NCBI GenBank assembly: GCA_002633005.1
Contig: NMRA01000591.1
Coordinates: forward strand, 26,209 to 84,237
DNA: 58,029 nt
Direction of reading: 5' to 3'
DNA from: Phoronis australis
Lineage: Eukaryota; Animalia; Phoronida
Shown here one piece after another: positions 11,076-58,029 of this stretch. The translations under genes and the position numbers were made by a program. The notes under the pieces are model-generated. The model ran no database searches, was not told where the DNA came from, and saw nothing but the letters and a program-made list of their open reading frames with translations. Every line of letters starts with the position of its first letter. Position 1 is the first letter of the stretch.

Positions 11076-13080
11076 CATTTTAGGCTGGTCGCCCGCATGT
11101 GGCGAAAGTCTGGTTATTCCTGCGCCCTGGATCTCCCTCACACTCAGTTTCACGGGCTTTGCAATAATTCTCCTAAAGACACTTATAATGCACCGGATAG
11201 GGTCAATTAGTGCAAAGGTCATCTAATGTTCAAAATGTTATATCTCCTACATTTTTCAAGGAATTCTTTTCTATTTCAGCACACTGGTGTAAGTCAAAAT
11301 GCAAATTGAACATCCTACTTTACTACGCAATAGGTCTAACCAATCAGAAAAAATAGGTCAAAGGTCATTGAGTGCAAAGTAAAATTTTGAGCTACAGACT
11401 TCAAAATTACACATCTGTTTAGTAAATGACATTGAGTTTGATTTCTAAGTTTTCAGTTCATTTGGTGCACTCATGGGGTCATTAGGTGCATTTTTCTTCT
11501 GAAAGTTTGACCAATTCCTTCATCTTGTATTCCAAAGTGCTTAAAGTAAAACATCTGTCATTTTACCATTAACCACACTTTTAATCGAGTTCACAATTAT
11601 TCTCTCATCGGGGCTCATAATGCACCGGAAGAGGTCAAGTAGTGGAAAGGTCATCAAAATATTATTTCTCCTACAATGTTAAAGAATTCCTTTTCATATT
11701 GGTAAAGGGGTTGCTGTCAGTAACTTCCCATAACATTTTTAGTAATGCGCACGCGCAGAGTCCATTATTGTCACGGCGTGACAATAATGTTTCTAGTTCT
11801 TCTTATTCTTCCTACCAACTTTGATGCTTAATAACTCCAAAATGGGTTCAGGTATGTTCTTTAAATTCAAGATATAAATATCAGCAACAAATAAATTTTG
11901 ATTCATTATATAATCATATTCCATAATGTACGGGAAGAGGTCGTTTGGTGCAAACGTCATGTAATTTCCAAAATTCTTCTCCTTCTTCAAATTAAAAGCT
12001 ATCTTTTTGAAGTCCGGTGCACAGGTATAAATCAACAAGACAGTTTTAAATATTACTTTTTTAAGTAATCGAGTCATCCAATCAGATTAAACAGGTCAAA
12101 GGTCATTTGGTGCAATCTAAAATTTTTGAGCTAGACACTTCAAATTCACGCATCTGATTGGCACATTAAATTCAGATCGAAATCTAAGGTTTCAGGTCAT
12201 TTGGTGCAACCATAGGGTCATTAGGTGCATTTTTTCTTCTTAAAATTTGACCTTTTCATTCACCAAGTATTCTGATATGTCAAAAGTTAGACGGCTGGGA
12301 CTCTCAGCATTAAATACACGTTACACGGACTTTGCAATAATTTTACCAAAAAGGCTTATAATGCACTGCTGGAAGAGGTCATTTGGTGCAAAGTTCATAT
12401 AACTTTGAAAATGCTACTCTTTCTTCAGTTTTAAAGTTATATTTTTCAAATTCGGTGCACAGGTATAAGTCAACAAGGGAATTTAAAAAAATACTTTTGC
12501 AAGAAATCGAGTCATCCAATAAGGTTAAGAGGTCAAAGGTCATTAAGTGCAAACTAAGATTTTGAGCTAGACACTTCAAATTCACACATCTGATTGGTAC
12601 ATGGAATTCAGATCGAAATTCAAAGTTTCAGGTCATTCGGTGTACCCGTGGGGTCATTAGGTGCATTTTTCTTCTGAAAGTTTGACCAATCCATTCATCT
12701 TGTATTCCGAAGGTGCTTAAAGTAAAACATATGTGATTCTTAGCATTAACCATACTTTTAATCGAGTTCACAATTATCCCTCATCAGGGCTCATAATGCA
12801 CCGGAAGAGGCCAATTAGTGAAAAGGTCATCAAGATTAGCTTTGTAATTAACCGTTATAATTTTAAAGAATTCTTTTTCGAGTCGTTTTGGTAAACGGGT
12901 TGCTGTCAGTATTTTCCCATAACAATTCCAGTAATACGCACGCGCAGAGCGCATTATTGTCACGCCGTGACAAAATTTATTCTGTTATTCGGGTATAATT
13001 AATCACTGAAATCAGTGATCTTCGGGTGACGAGAAGGCCATCTTTCAATACAATTTCACATGTTTGATTCATCTTTTGGG
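11076..13080 (+). mobile_element. Tandem non-autonomous Helitron/Helentron (HINE-like) array upstream of dynamin
   Basis: ~1.19-kb period (acgcgcagag at 11751 and 12940) with internal sub-repeats (gggtcattaggtgcatttt three times, ggtcaaaggtca, ataatgcaccgg). A 13-bp hairpin at 11763-11789 is followed by CTAG at 11793-11796. Imperfect sub-terminal inverted repeats lie at 11085-11095 and 13023-13033. Confidence 0.6.
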
Positions 13081-13827
13081 CCGCCATGCACCAACTTAGG
13101 CCAAAACCTGCTGCCTTAATATGCATGTTTTAGTAAACTCCAAACTCAGTGTTTCATCGGCCCGGCGGCAGCCTGAGATTATCGTCAATTATAAGCGTCC
13201 CACTCTATCCTCTTGTGTTCAGCACTGGCCAGTATAACTCACCATGCATAAAAATTCTTCAAAAATCAGCAACGCGGGTACCAGAATATCGAAACCTATA
13301 ACGCACCTCTTTTGCGGGCTAAGCCAACTTTCTGTGCCAAGTGTGCCGCAGGCCGGGGGCTGCAAGTAGGCCTACTGAGGCAGACCGGTTCCCGCCAGTT
13401 AAACATTTGACAAGGAATCTACTAATGAATTTCAGAAGACACTTCAAAAATCATTACGATATATCAATTTATTTTGCCACGTGTTTTATTGCCGCTGATG
13501 TCGCTGATTGCTCTGCTGCACACATCATAGATCTGATTTCGTGATAGGCAATGGGGGGACAAAAAGTGGCAGTAGTGGTGACGTGCCGCGAAGGTAAAGG
13601 GGGCTCCAGAGAAGGACAACCCAAGGCTGTAATATCAAGAGGAAACCTTTTGTGAAATAAAGCTGTATGATTTCACAAAACACCATTAACAAATCGGGAC
13701 CAACACGGCGTTTCAGTAACAGAATCACTCCTGCGTCCGATCCCGTCTAGTGCAGATTTTGGGTGCTTTTTAAAAACTTACGGTAATTCGTGAACAAAAC
13801 TGCCGCCTATCGGTTCCTAATAATTTC

Positions 13828-13875
13828 GCGCATGCGCTCTAGGACCCGGGTTCCGCCATGATTCAATATTTGTAA
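13828..13875 (+). promoter_or_regulatory. Candidate dynamin core promoter elements (NRF1 palindrome, YY1-like motif overlapping a 5-codon uORF)
   Basis: gcgcatgcgc at 13828-13837; ccgccatgat at ~13853-13862; ATG ATT CAA TAT TTG TAA at 13858-13875, just upstream of the dynamin ATG. Confidence 0.4.
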
Positions 13876-13909
13876 AATCTGCAGCAGTTGTCGACTGAAC
13901 ACAATCACG

Positions 13910-48539
<34,630 letters not shown>

Positions 48540-51500
48540 GGACCGACCAATCGTATATCCCCCGCGCGACAAACGAGGACAGCTTGATGTAGTCACGAGG
48601 CCGTGCTGGGCGCAATCCAGTTATTGAAGAGTCTGTGTCGTGCTAATGAGGTGCATGAACTCAGCTGGATTTGTAACATAGCATCTTGGTGTACTATGTA
48701 AATGCGATTATTAAAATAATCTGGTCACCTCCCCACTTTTTGATCACATCTAGATATTTAATGAATGATTTTACTGTGAGATCATGTGTGCGCAAGTCTA
48801 CACGCCGGCACATTTTCACACTCATTCTGGGTTGGTTTCTTTTCTGTATTTGATATGTTTCAAATAGCATCATTGACTAGTCGTGTGGGACATGTGATGA
48901 CTACTTGCTCACAGGCCCTTTTTCTCTTACGTGTGCACCAGTGGCGTTGTCTTCAGTTGTTTTGTGGGGGAACGAATGTTCTTATTTTGTGCTAACATAC
49001 AGTTGTGGCAATTCTCCACCTATTTGCACTAAAAATAATCCCTTAAATAGCCATATTTTTCATTTTTCAATGGTTGATTATCTGTTTGTAAATAATGGGT
49101 AAGGTTGTTTCATGTCATCTAACATAGTGTAAACCATGCCTGTAATAAACGAAAATGTTCTTAATCTTTACTTTTTGGCGAAATTCAACAAGAATAGAGT
49201 TTCACTATGTGCTAAATAAGCTTAGATTTGCCGTAACAACTCATTGGTTTTTGAAGGTGTTTCCTCAATGTGATTATGGTGTTATGTTGAAAATTACGTT
49301 TAGATGAAGATTTTATAAAATGTTTGTGTCCAGGTTGCAACCGTAGGCAAACAGTCACATCTAAGGTTTGATTTGATTGAATGAACTTTGATAAAACTGG
49401 CCCTTTTGTGTGATTTTGTCATCAGTTGGTGACTATCGTCAGTAACATCTTGCATTGTATATTACTCACTTCAGCACTCACTGTGACCACTAGGTGTCAC
49501 TCTTACTATTGTTGGTGTAACCAATAGATGTCACTGTAACTGCTAGATAGTTGTACAGCAGTTGTATGGTTTGGCTATGTATGTAACTAAAACTAAATTT
49601 TCATTTAGGTTACTCACTACCCTGATGTCTAGCCTAGTTACTTGTTCGTTATTACTCGAGACTGTGCTCTTCAAGTGTCTTGTTGTAGCAGGTTATTTTT
49701 TGTTGCAGGCATTATCTCTAGAAATTAGAAACTGCCATTTTTCCAGACCCATAAAACTTCTCATCAGAATGGGGAACAAGATAAGAACAGTTATGTAGCA
49801 GTGAGTGGTCGAAATCAAAAGCTGGTTTCGTTGATGAAATGTGGGTTTATAGTCACTTTTCTGTAAGTATAGCCGGGGCAGTAAATGGAATTGTTATGGA
49901 TCAGTATTTATTTGTAACTAATTTTTTAGTTAACTGCTGTGTGATAAATTGACTATTGATGAACCTTGCCTGAAGGTGTCGCTGTACAGAGTAGTTTACC
50001 TTCGTCTCATTCTCCCCACTTTCCCCTTAACTTCAGTCACACTTTTAGTCTAGCAGTTTGAATAGTGGAGACCTTTGTCACCCCGCAGTTGTGTGAAAGC
50101 TTTTTGCCGCCAAGAAACTACCATAGACAATTTGGTGGCTAGGCATAGATCCTAGGATCACGCCACAATGGGCAAATGTTCTACTCCGGTATTACAACGA
50201 GAGAGGAATCTGCACCCTTGAACAGTCTTTGAATAGTTACACCCTATGACATTGACTGAGAGTTTTGGTTAGAACTGTATTGACCATTCTTACCATAATA
50301 TGTGTATTACTTGTTTCAAGCAGTGGTGATTGTCAAATTTTGATTTTTGATTTTTTAAAGTTTGCAGTCGTCTGATTTTCTCACGGATGTGTGCCAACAC
50401 GCAGGTAATGAGCAGGTAATTCTCACCGATTCTCACAAGCTGTTCTACTTGCAGGTGACACTTTGTTTCAGACAGTGTATAAGCAGTTTTTTTATCTGAA
50501 TATGTATGTAAAGTTGACTGATGACCTGTGACTGTTTTAAAAAAAATTACTCTTCCTCGTCTTCTTATTCCATAGCACTGTATGTATTACTCTACAATTT
50601 AGAATGTTTTGCACCGTGTACCATGCATTGGGTAATATATCCCCTAAACTGAAATGATTTACAGTTGTGTGTCGCCCTGTGCCGTCACTTTCAACAAAGT
50701 TCAAGTCTTTAACCAAAAGTGCTAAAATCAACATCCGATCTGCGATCTAGGCTAGCTCAGGAAATGCTCATTGTTGTGTCACGTAACTGGCGTATTTTTT
50801 ATGAAAATCAGCGAGCCGTTTGTGAAATTCATGGTTTGCCAATCCCAATGTAAGTGACGTCAATATAACGATGCATTTCTTGACGTGTTGGAGGTTTTGT
50901 GTTTTTTCTTACTAACAGAAGCCAAGCCCTGTGTGTTAAGGAACAATTTGTACCGATTTTATAAGAATGAAAGATACAATTCAATCATCGTAACAGGGTG
51001 AAACATATCTTTAAACAAGCCACCGCAAAAGGAATTTTGGGCAAAATTTACCAGTGCAGTCCCGGCTAGATGGCGCTAGCTGATAAGTACATGTAGGTGA
51101 CTCCACGGACATGATGTATTAGACGGTGTTAATTTGTGCAAAGCTGAACCAGCTGTTGTCATAGCAACATTTTGACGCTTGATTGACGTGATCAACGAGT
51201 TTGAGATCATGACAAAAATGAGCTTAGAAGGCACAGTAATTGTGGCATTATAGTATTTGAAATTTAGTTCGTTCGCTCGTTTAATTCTTTGACTTAGTCT
51301 TTTCTTTATGGGGTCACCTGGCGTAGGCAGGGTGTACCACTTGTATAGCGGTAGCCGTCATGGCAAGTAGAAATCACCATGGTAACGGTGATTTTTGTTC
51401 TTATGGAGAATGTGAGTTCAGGTATGTATACTGTCTAGTTACGTGCGAATGTTCTGTCAATAAATTATAACTAAACGATGTCCATTTCTATCCTTCTGTG

Positions 51501-53060
51501 ATGATAATGTATATCCGGGAGAATGTAAAATAAATATCTTATTTTCTTTCCGAGCATAATCTTAGCTCCAGTAAAGTTGCATTTCACTATGTACTCGTGC
51601 TGGCTGAAAACGAAAATCGAATTGTGCATTTTACCCTCACGTGTTTCCTGTTCCTTGCATGACGGAAGACTATTTCCGTAGGTGTTGGTGACAGAAATTA
51701 AACCGACTCACGGTAAGAAACGGAACGATTTCACATGAGCTAAATGGCCCAATCTGGTTTTCTTTTAGCCATATAGGTTTATATGCAGCAGAAATTTTGA
51801 GCATCGTGTTCGTGAAAACGTCGCACAAAAGTACGTGCTTTGAGGAATTAAATTATGTTATGGAAACGCAAATAAAACCCAGTGTGTATCATTATGTTCA
51901 CGGCAGCCAAATGAGCAAGTAAGTAAGACTGATGATTGTCTCGGTTTATAAACAACTGAGAAGTAGGTTCTATGCAATTTTAAAGATTAATGGCCGTATA
52001 TTCCCAAGTAGTATAAAGGAAATATTTTCCAAACTTTATAAAATGTCAGTGATTGTCTTCGACTGAGCCGGCAAAATCCTCCCAGGCCCTAGCAGCACTC
52101 CTTGAGAATTTCAGCCAACGCATTTACATGTAGGAATTTTGTCTGCGAAATGACTTATATGTGCGTTTAAGCAATGTCTGGGTCACGGGTTTACATTGCA
52201 TCATGTTAGCAATATCTTGAAACCTCGTTAGTATTTAAAATTTCAAATTATATTCTGAAAATTTCCCGGCTTCCCGCATAAGGCAACGTGCTTTTGTTTA
52301 CATATCGTTCGTCACCAATATGGCGGATCGTGTGTCACGCGCTGTCTGGTCGTTTCCTTGGTCATGATCATGGTAGGGAACGCCACTTATTGGCCAATCT
52401 CTTTTTATGGACAACTCAGTCACTGTCCTTTTTCCACAAGTTGTGTAAATTTCATAGTGTAATTACATGTATGAGGTAAAGTGAAGAACCGACAAGAAAA
52501 TAGCAAAATGCCGCGTTTGTAACGAGCGACACTATAGTTCTCAAATCGACGGAAACTTTTTTGTAACCAAAGTCGGAGAACGATGCAACATGACTTGTTG
52601 GAATTGTTTTCGTGGTACCATGAATGTTTGAGCTATCTCAATTTTCGACCCTTCCCAGAATGCCCGCTTGGTGCCATGGATCATTCGGTGTTGGGTGAGG
52701 AACGATTTCTTAATTTTGTGCATTCAAGCATTAATGAAATTAAGAAACCCTAGCGCCGATATCTCATTAAGTTATGCTATTAATGTGCGTCCAGCTGCAA
52801 CAGATCAAATAGCAGGTGACGAAAAGACGCTTACTAGGGTATATTCAATCTTACTGGTGCTTTGGGCACTGCATGGGATCAAGGCCAGAGGCGACTGCTA
52901 TGTCAGCCAATAATCTGCCGATCAATCAGGTCGAGTTTGTCACAATCAGCCAACTATTACAATTTCATAACAGAAGAAAAGAAAAGTTTAGAGTACTCAT
53001 TGTGTCTCTTTATTCAGCGTATCATTTCCACGTGTCTGTGGCCCAATGTGGGGACATGAT

Positions 53061-54383
53061 TTACTGCCATGGCTCTCCTTCCAGCACGACATATGGAGGT
53101 CGTGCGTTGCGCAGATCCATTGTGTCTGTATTTCTCTCGACGTGCTCTCCTTCCAGCTCGACAAATGGAGGTCGTGCGTTGCGCAGATCCTTTGTGTCTG
53201 TATTTCTCTCGACGTGCTCTCCTTCCAGCTCGACAAATGGAGGTCGTGCGTTGCGCAAATCCTTTGTGTCAGTATTTCTCTCGACGTGCTCTCCTTCCAG
53301 CTCGACAAATGGAGGTCGTGCGTTGCGCAAATCCTTTGTGTCAGTATTTCTCTCGACGTGCTCTCCTTCCAGCTCGACAAATGGAGGTCGTGCGTTGCGC
53401 AGATCCATTGTGTCTGTATTTCTCTCGACGTCCAACAATCTCTTTTCTGTGTTGATCGTGCGGCGCTCGACTTGGTCCTTTTCGAGACAGCAAGCCTTAG
53501 CTTCCGTAAAGCTAAAATAACAAAGAATTTTTTTATTCGACTTCCGCAGAAAATGTGTGAAATAACAAAAATCTAGAAAAAATATTGATGTCGCATACGG
53601 CCAGCTTGAATTCAGAAATCTTGTGCCTAATATGTCGTTACTATACGAGTCATAACACTAGGCTGTACTGGCACAACTGCTCGTAGCAACTGATTTGTGT
53701 ACCGACAAGTAAGCGTTTACGGTACGTATACGTGTATGTAACTGCACTTGTAAATGTTACCGTTGCATCCTAAATTTTTACTGAAGAATGTAATTTTATC
53801 AAACGGCACCACAGGTACCACTAGTTATTAAAGATGTTTAATTTTGGATGAATGCAACTGTGAAGGATACACATTTGAAAAGTGTTTGTCTTGATACGGT
53901 AATTAGAAATCTTTTGAATCATTGAAATTACTTCACTATTGGTTTAAGTAGTCACTTAATTATATTACCTCTCTTGTCCAATTCCCGTCTATGCTACTAT
54001 TATACTATATTATATTTCGCATTTGGCTTCACTCTTGGTTTTTAAAACTAAAAAAATTGGTTCAAAGCTGCCAGGTTTTTCAAAACGATAATTAGCACGT
54101 GCAAAAAAGCCAACACCGGAACAAAACAATGTAATTCCACGCATGCGCGGCGCAACTTCACCAGCACGAGATCGAAATTTGCATTAAAGGGCTAAGAGTT
54201 GAATGCTCAAACAGATAATTTTATAGGAACGTCCAACTGGGGGTTTGTAAAGAAGGCATTATGACTTTCATGCTCCCTGGGTATATTTTGGATGTTAAAG
54301 CATTGCTGGATGAACATAATCACTTACGTAGCTGAGAACGTCAAGGTGACAATCAAAAGGGCAATGATGTATACCGTCTTCAT
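53061..54383 (-). CDS. Unannotated secreted repeat-containing precursor-like protein, 168 aa (coding exons 54328-54383 and 53061-53511)
   Basis: First coding exon MKTVYIIALLIVTLTFSA ends ac|gtaagt and joins ttattttag|c in phase, giving TFTEA-KACCLEKDQVERRTINTEKRLLD, then five units of VERNTDT(M/K)DLRNARPPFVELEGEH, the last ending PPYVVLEGEPWQ*. Signal-peptide-like N-terminus; AATAAA at 53009-53014 (- strand). Confidence 0.78.
53072..53431. repeat. 72-bp coding tandem repeat (5 copies)
   Basis: Unit gctctccttccagctcgacaaatggaggtcgtgcgttgcgcagatcctttgtgtctgtatttctctcgacgt with an exact 72-nt period. Confidence 0.97.
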
Positions 54384-55896
54384 TATCGTCTATTTGACTC
54401 TTCTGTCAATATCTCAGGCTGCAAAAGGACCGTCACATGTTCAGTCTCATGGAGCTAATCTTCAGTACATGGCAAAATACAAGTATCATACATAATACAA
54501 CAAGTCACGTTTCGCTCAGTTTAGCTGGATAGAAACGAATCGAATTAAGTCTTTCACTAATAAACAATCGGTCTCATAACATTCCTTGCAATGAGAGCAC
54601 TCAATTTATTATGTTAAATCAATAGGCGATACGCACGTGAGCCGATTTCAAAGTCGGAATTTTAATTGTGTAATCTCAATAAACGCCGAAACATTTTTTT
54701 AAAGCGTTACCACCGCCATGACCCTGTTTCTCCAAAGGAATTTTATTATTACATCTCAGTACATCTTAAGATATTTAATAGCCTTTAGTATACCACGTTT
54801 TTGTCCTCGCTTTCTTTTTTCATTAAAAGATCCGAAAATATTCTATTCATTTACGTTCAATATTAGGGGAACTTTTAAATACACTGTAGATGTGGCTTCC
54901 AATTCCCGAGCCAATGATCACGTGATTAATACGCCCACTTGACCCCTACTTTACTGATGTGTATTAATTCACATTTGCACGCGAGAATGATTGACAGGCG
55001 GCAAAGTGACGACATTGGCCTCATGTCCACAACTCGGGTTGCGTGGAATAAAACGAAACAAAGACATGTTACACAAAAATCAATATATTTAACTTGTCCG
55101 AAGGTTATCTGCTCAGTTCATGCCGACTTAATGCAGACAATTTTCATTGCTTCTGGTGTGTAATTCAAAGTTCGTACCTGTGATCGTCTGGGTTGCAAAT
55201 TAAGAAATCGTCAAGCCAAAGCTGGTCGATTCGTATCAGTCAGGCTTACTAGTTCGATAGGAGTTTTAAAAACCGACAGACTCTTCATTTTTGCTGAATT
55301 TGATTCAACTAAAATAAACACTTTAACTTGGTATTTCCTATCAAATCTCAACAAATTTAACAGCACAGTGACTGAGAAATTTAATTTGGTTGAGTTTTGA
55401 AATTGTTTTGCAGTTTTTTGTTTGTTATTGAAACAAATACAACAATGAAAAGGATGCATTTTCGTTTTTACAGCGTTTTTACAGCCCATCAGAAGAGTCT
55501 AATGGATATTACACCATCGGTATGAGATTCTTTCTAATTGCGTCTTATGGAACTGCGCATGCGTTTTAATTATGTAATCGTTGTAAGAATCTCGAAAAAT
55601 GGCCAAACTTGGCAAATGTTGGAACACCATACTGATCGATTTCATATGAAACTTTTAGATGCCATATGTGATATGGCGGTTTAGAGTGTCCGGAAAAATT
55701 TTTGGCGTTTCAATCATGAGGAGTCCCGATATTACTCGTGACAAATGCAAAAGGTCCGTGCACCATGTCTATGACTGGTGTTTCACTACCGCTTACTTAT
55801 AGTAGACTAGCTCTACTAGTTCCGTGCTGTTATTCTATCGCTGACAGGTTGTCTCCATGTATAAATAGAGAATTGTACCAAAAACGACATACTTAC

Positions 55897-55956
55897 CAAC
55901 TTGTCGCTATTAAGTTGACGTCAGTCTATAGGAACTAACTGTTGAACACTTATATA
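55897..55956 (-). promoter_or_regulatory. TATA box and short non-coding first exon of the secreted-protein gene
   Basis: TATATAAG at 55956-55949 (-), then ~30 nt to a predicted TSS and a ttg|gtaagt donor at 55896. A matching acceptor ccttttgcag precedes 54418, 35 nt upstream of the ATG. Confidence 0.55.
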
Positions 55957-58029
55957 CTCTATTAAACATCGAATGTCCCGCATTGAGGCGATGTTATTGG
56001 ATTTGAACCTTCTCGTATCCCGCACAATTAATTCCATGCTGCTGTGGTGGATAGCGGAAAAATGTATTCACTATTGCTAAAAATGCATCAAAATTCTAAA
56101 GGGATGTATCAAGTGGGTACTTTACGTTTATGAAAACTTTCAAACACTGAATTCCCGCATTGAAGTCCGAACTTATCGAGTTTTAATGTACATGGGGGAT
56201 TTCTCTCTTATTAATAGCTTTCGCCCACACTTTCAGGGGGGCGTATACACTGGTCAAATCTCCAGGTTCCTATCTAAAATAAGTATAACGGGGGTTTTAA
56301 AATGTTTTTATTGTAGTTCGTTTTTTAAATATCGTATTTTTAATTTTCAAAAAATCCAATTTCACCTTGAATTCTTTTTCAAAATGCACAGGAATTATCA
56401 TCAACTGTTTCCTTGCGCAATATTCTACTTATCCATACCAAATATATGTACAAAATCATTATGATCTTGATTTTGTGGCATTTTTGCGTGTGAGTTGTGG
56501 CAAGCAAACCACTTTCTGTCATTTGGTCACTTTCCGTCCAATAACTAAAAATCTGATCCATGTCTCAAAAAACCCTGGCACACGATTTTACTACAGTTCT
56601 AGAGGATTTCAAAATTGCAAATTTGGTAAAAATTGACCAACGTGTTGCGGAAAAATAGGCCCCAGAATCTCGTCACTACCCTGAAATCACGAACCGAGAA
56701 AAACGGCTTTGAAGTTAAGCGGGCATCGATTGCCACTTGAGGTCAAAATTCGTTCAGAATGCGCGGTCATTATGTTCCAATTTTTGTTAATATTTACTTC
56801 TTGTTGAGAGAATGAGACATACCTGTTTGTTTATAGCGTAATTTTAATCATTTTTGCAAACTTGTGAAGCGCAACAGAGGACCAAAACAAATGTGGCTGT
56901 CACGTGGGCGGAGCTTAGCGTTGATCTATTGTCTGCTGTGCTGGTGTGCCACACATCATTAAAACCGTGAGTTGATTGTTTATGCGACTCGTCTGAACAC
57001 TCCACTCAGTGTGGTAACAGACTCTCTATAGACATATATTTTGTTAGTATTCCGTCGTAGACCGTCTCTAGTCGTCCAGCAATACATGTATAGCCTATGT
57101 CTTATGAAATCGCCGCGTTACTGTCTACATGTACATAGCAATATTGGCGACGACGATAAAGAACTACTTTCAACCCTAGAGACAACCGTATATTTCAAAA
57201 AAGTCCGTGACATGTCATGTTTCCGCATCTGCCTGACTTTCTCATGCAGTGACTCTAACGCTTAGCACGGCCAACGATGATCGGATATACATGTGTCACA
57301 CTGTGACTGTTGTTTTTGGTACGTCCCATGGATTTTGCTTTAGTGAGTTTCATTTGGTCACTTTATTTCTTGACAGGCTGCAGTCTCAGAATTTGGTATC
57401 GCATGTTCATAGAATGATGTACAGTACTGATCGAAAATCTCTTCCTATCGAACGCGGCTATGTCTTGTCCGGACGCGGGTTCCAAACCGCGGTTGAACCG
57501 AGGCTAGCCTCAGTCCGGACTTCGTCTGACCCCGGTTAATAGCGGAGTTGCAACTGAATCGATTTAACGATTGCGCATGTCCGGAAATTAGGGTGCGCAA
57601 AGGCTACTGGGATTGTTGATGGTAAACGGGATGGCCGACTGGTTTGCACGACGTGTAATTTGTGTGCATTAAACTACGCTGCTGTATGTAATTCTGCCGC
57701 TATTCGCCCTAATTAGCGCCCATGGCTCAACAAGTGCCCCAACGCGTTTTCAGACTTTGCTAAAGTAAGCGCCCAGCCCATGAACTACATGCGAAAAATG
57801 CCCTTACCTACAGTTCTAACGTCTCCAATTTATCAATTGAAAGATCCGACAGCCTGAATTTGTAACGGACCACGAGCCTCACCGTTATGTCCGTATACAC
57901 TTCAAACTTACGCCGCGATTCAAAAAGAACGCAGAAGTTTTGCTGCTCTTGCGAGGGATGTGCCCCACTACGCGGGTCTGGACTTTGAAAACAGACACAG
58001 CGTACTTGTCAAAGAGCGGGATTGCATTG

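Noticed and set aside
48540-51540. Exact dynamin polyadenylation site
   Set aside because: Several AATAAA hexamers (for example 49144, 51459 and ~51529) are compatible and cannot be resolved from sequence alone.
52816-53576. + strand ORFs over the 72-bp repeat (234, 176 and 128 aa)
   Set aside because: They are antisense shadows; the - strand frame has the acceptor, signal-peptide exon and polyA signal.
54292-54495. + strand ORF with a hydrophobic stretch (MMYTVFIIVYLTLLSISQA)
   Set aside because: It overlaps the better-supported - strand signal-peptide exon and has no convincing downstream exon.

Overview
AT-rich animal genomic DNA, probably from a lophotrochozoan such as a mollusc (inferred from the repeat types and gene structure), with an 843-nt assembly gap. 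(1) On the - strand are the first two coding exons of a long-chain fatty acid transport protein (FATP/SLC27A1/4-like) gene, which runs off the left edge; its first intron holds a decayed L2/CR1-type LINE. (2) An ~8-kb divergent intergenic region is packed with MITEs, a decayed intron-containing hAT transposase and a tandem Helitron/Helentron-type array. (3) A complete classical dynamin (shibire/DNM1-like) gene lies on the + strand at 13910-48539, about 880 aa. Its splicing looks unusually modular: a tandemly duplicated, probably mutually exclusive GED/stalk exon pair, a 6-nt microexon after the PH domain, a minisatellite that multiplies the exon 3 splice donor, and a series of phase-2 C-terminal exons carrying a clathrin box (LLDFD), a PxIxIT-like motif, a PDZ-ligand-like end and short and long SH3-ligand tails. 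(4) A convergent - strand gene that the ORF track does not assemble has a TATA box, signal peptide and polyA signal, and encodes a 168-aa secreted precursor-like protein with five 24-aa repeats and basic cleavage-type sites. All exon calls were read by eye from splice signals, reading phase and remembered family motifs; none is transcript-verified.
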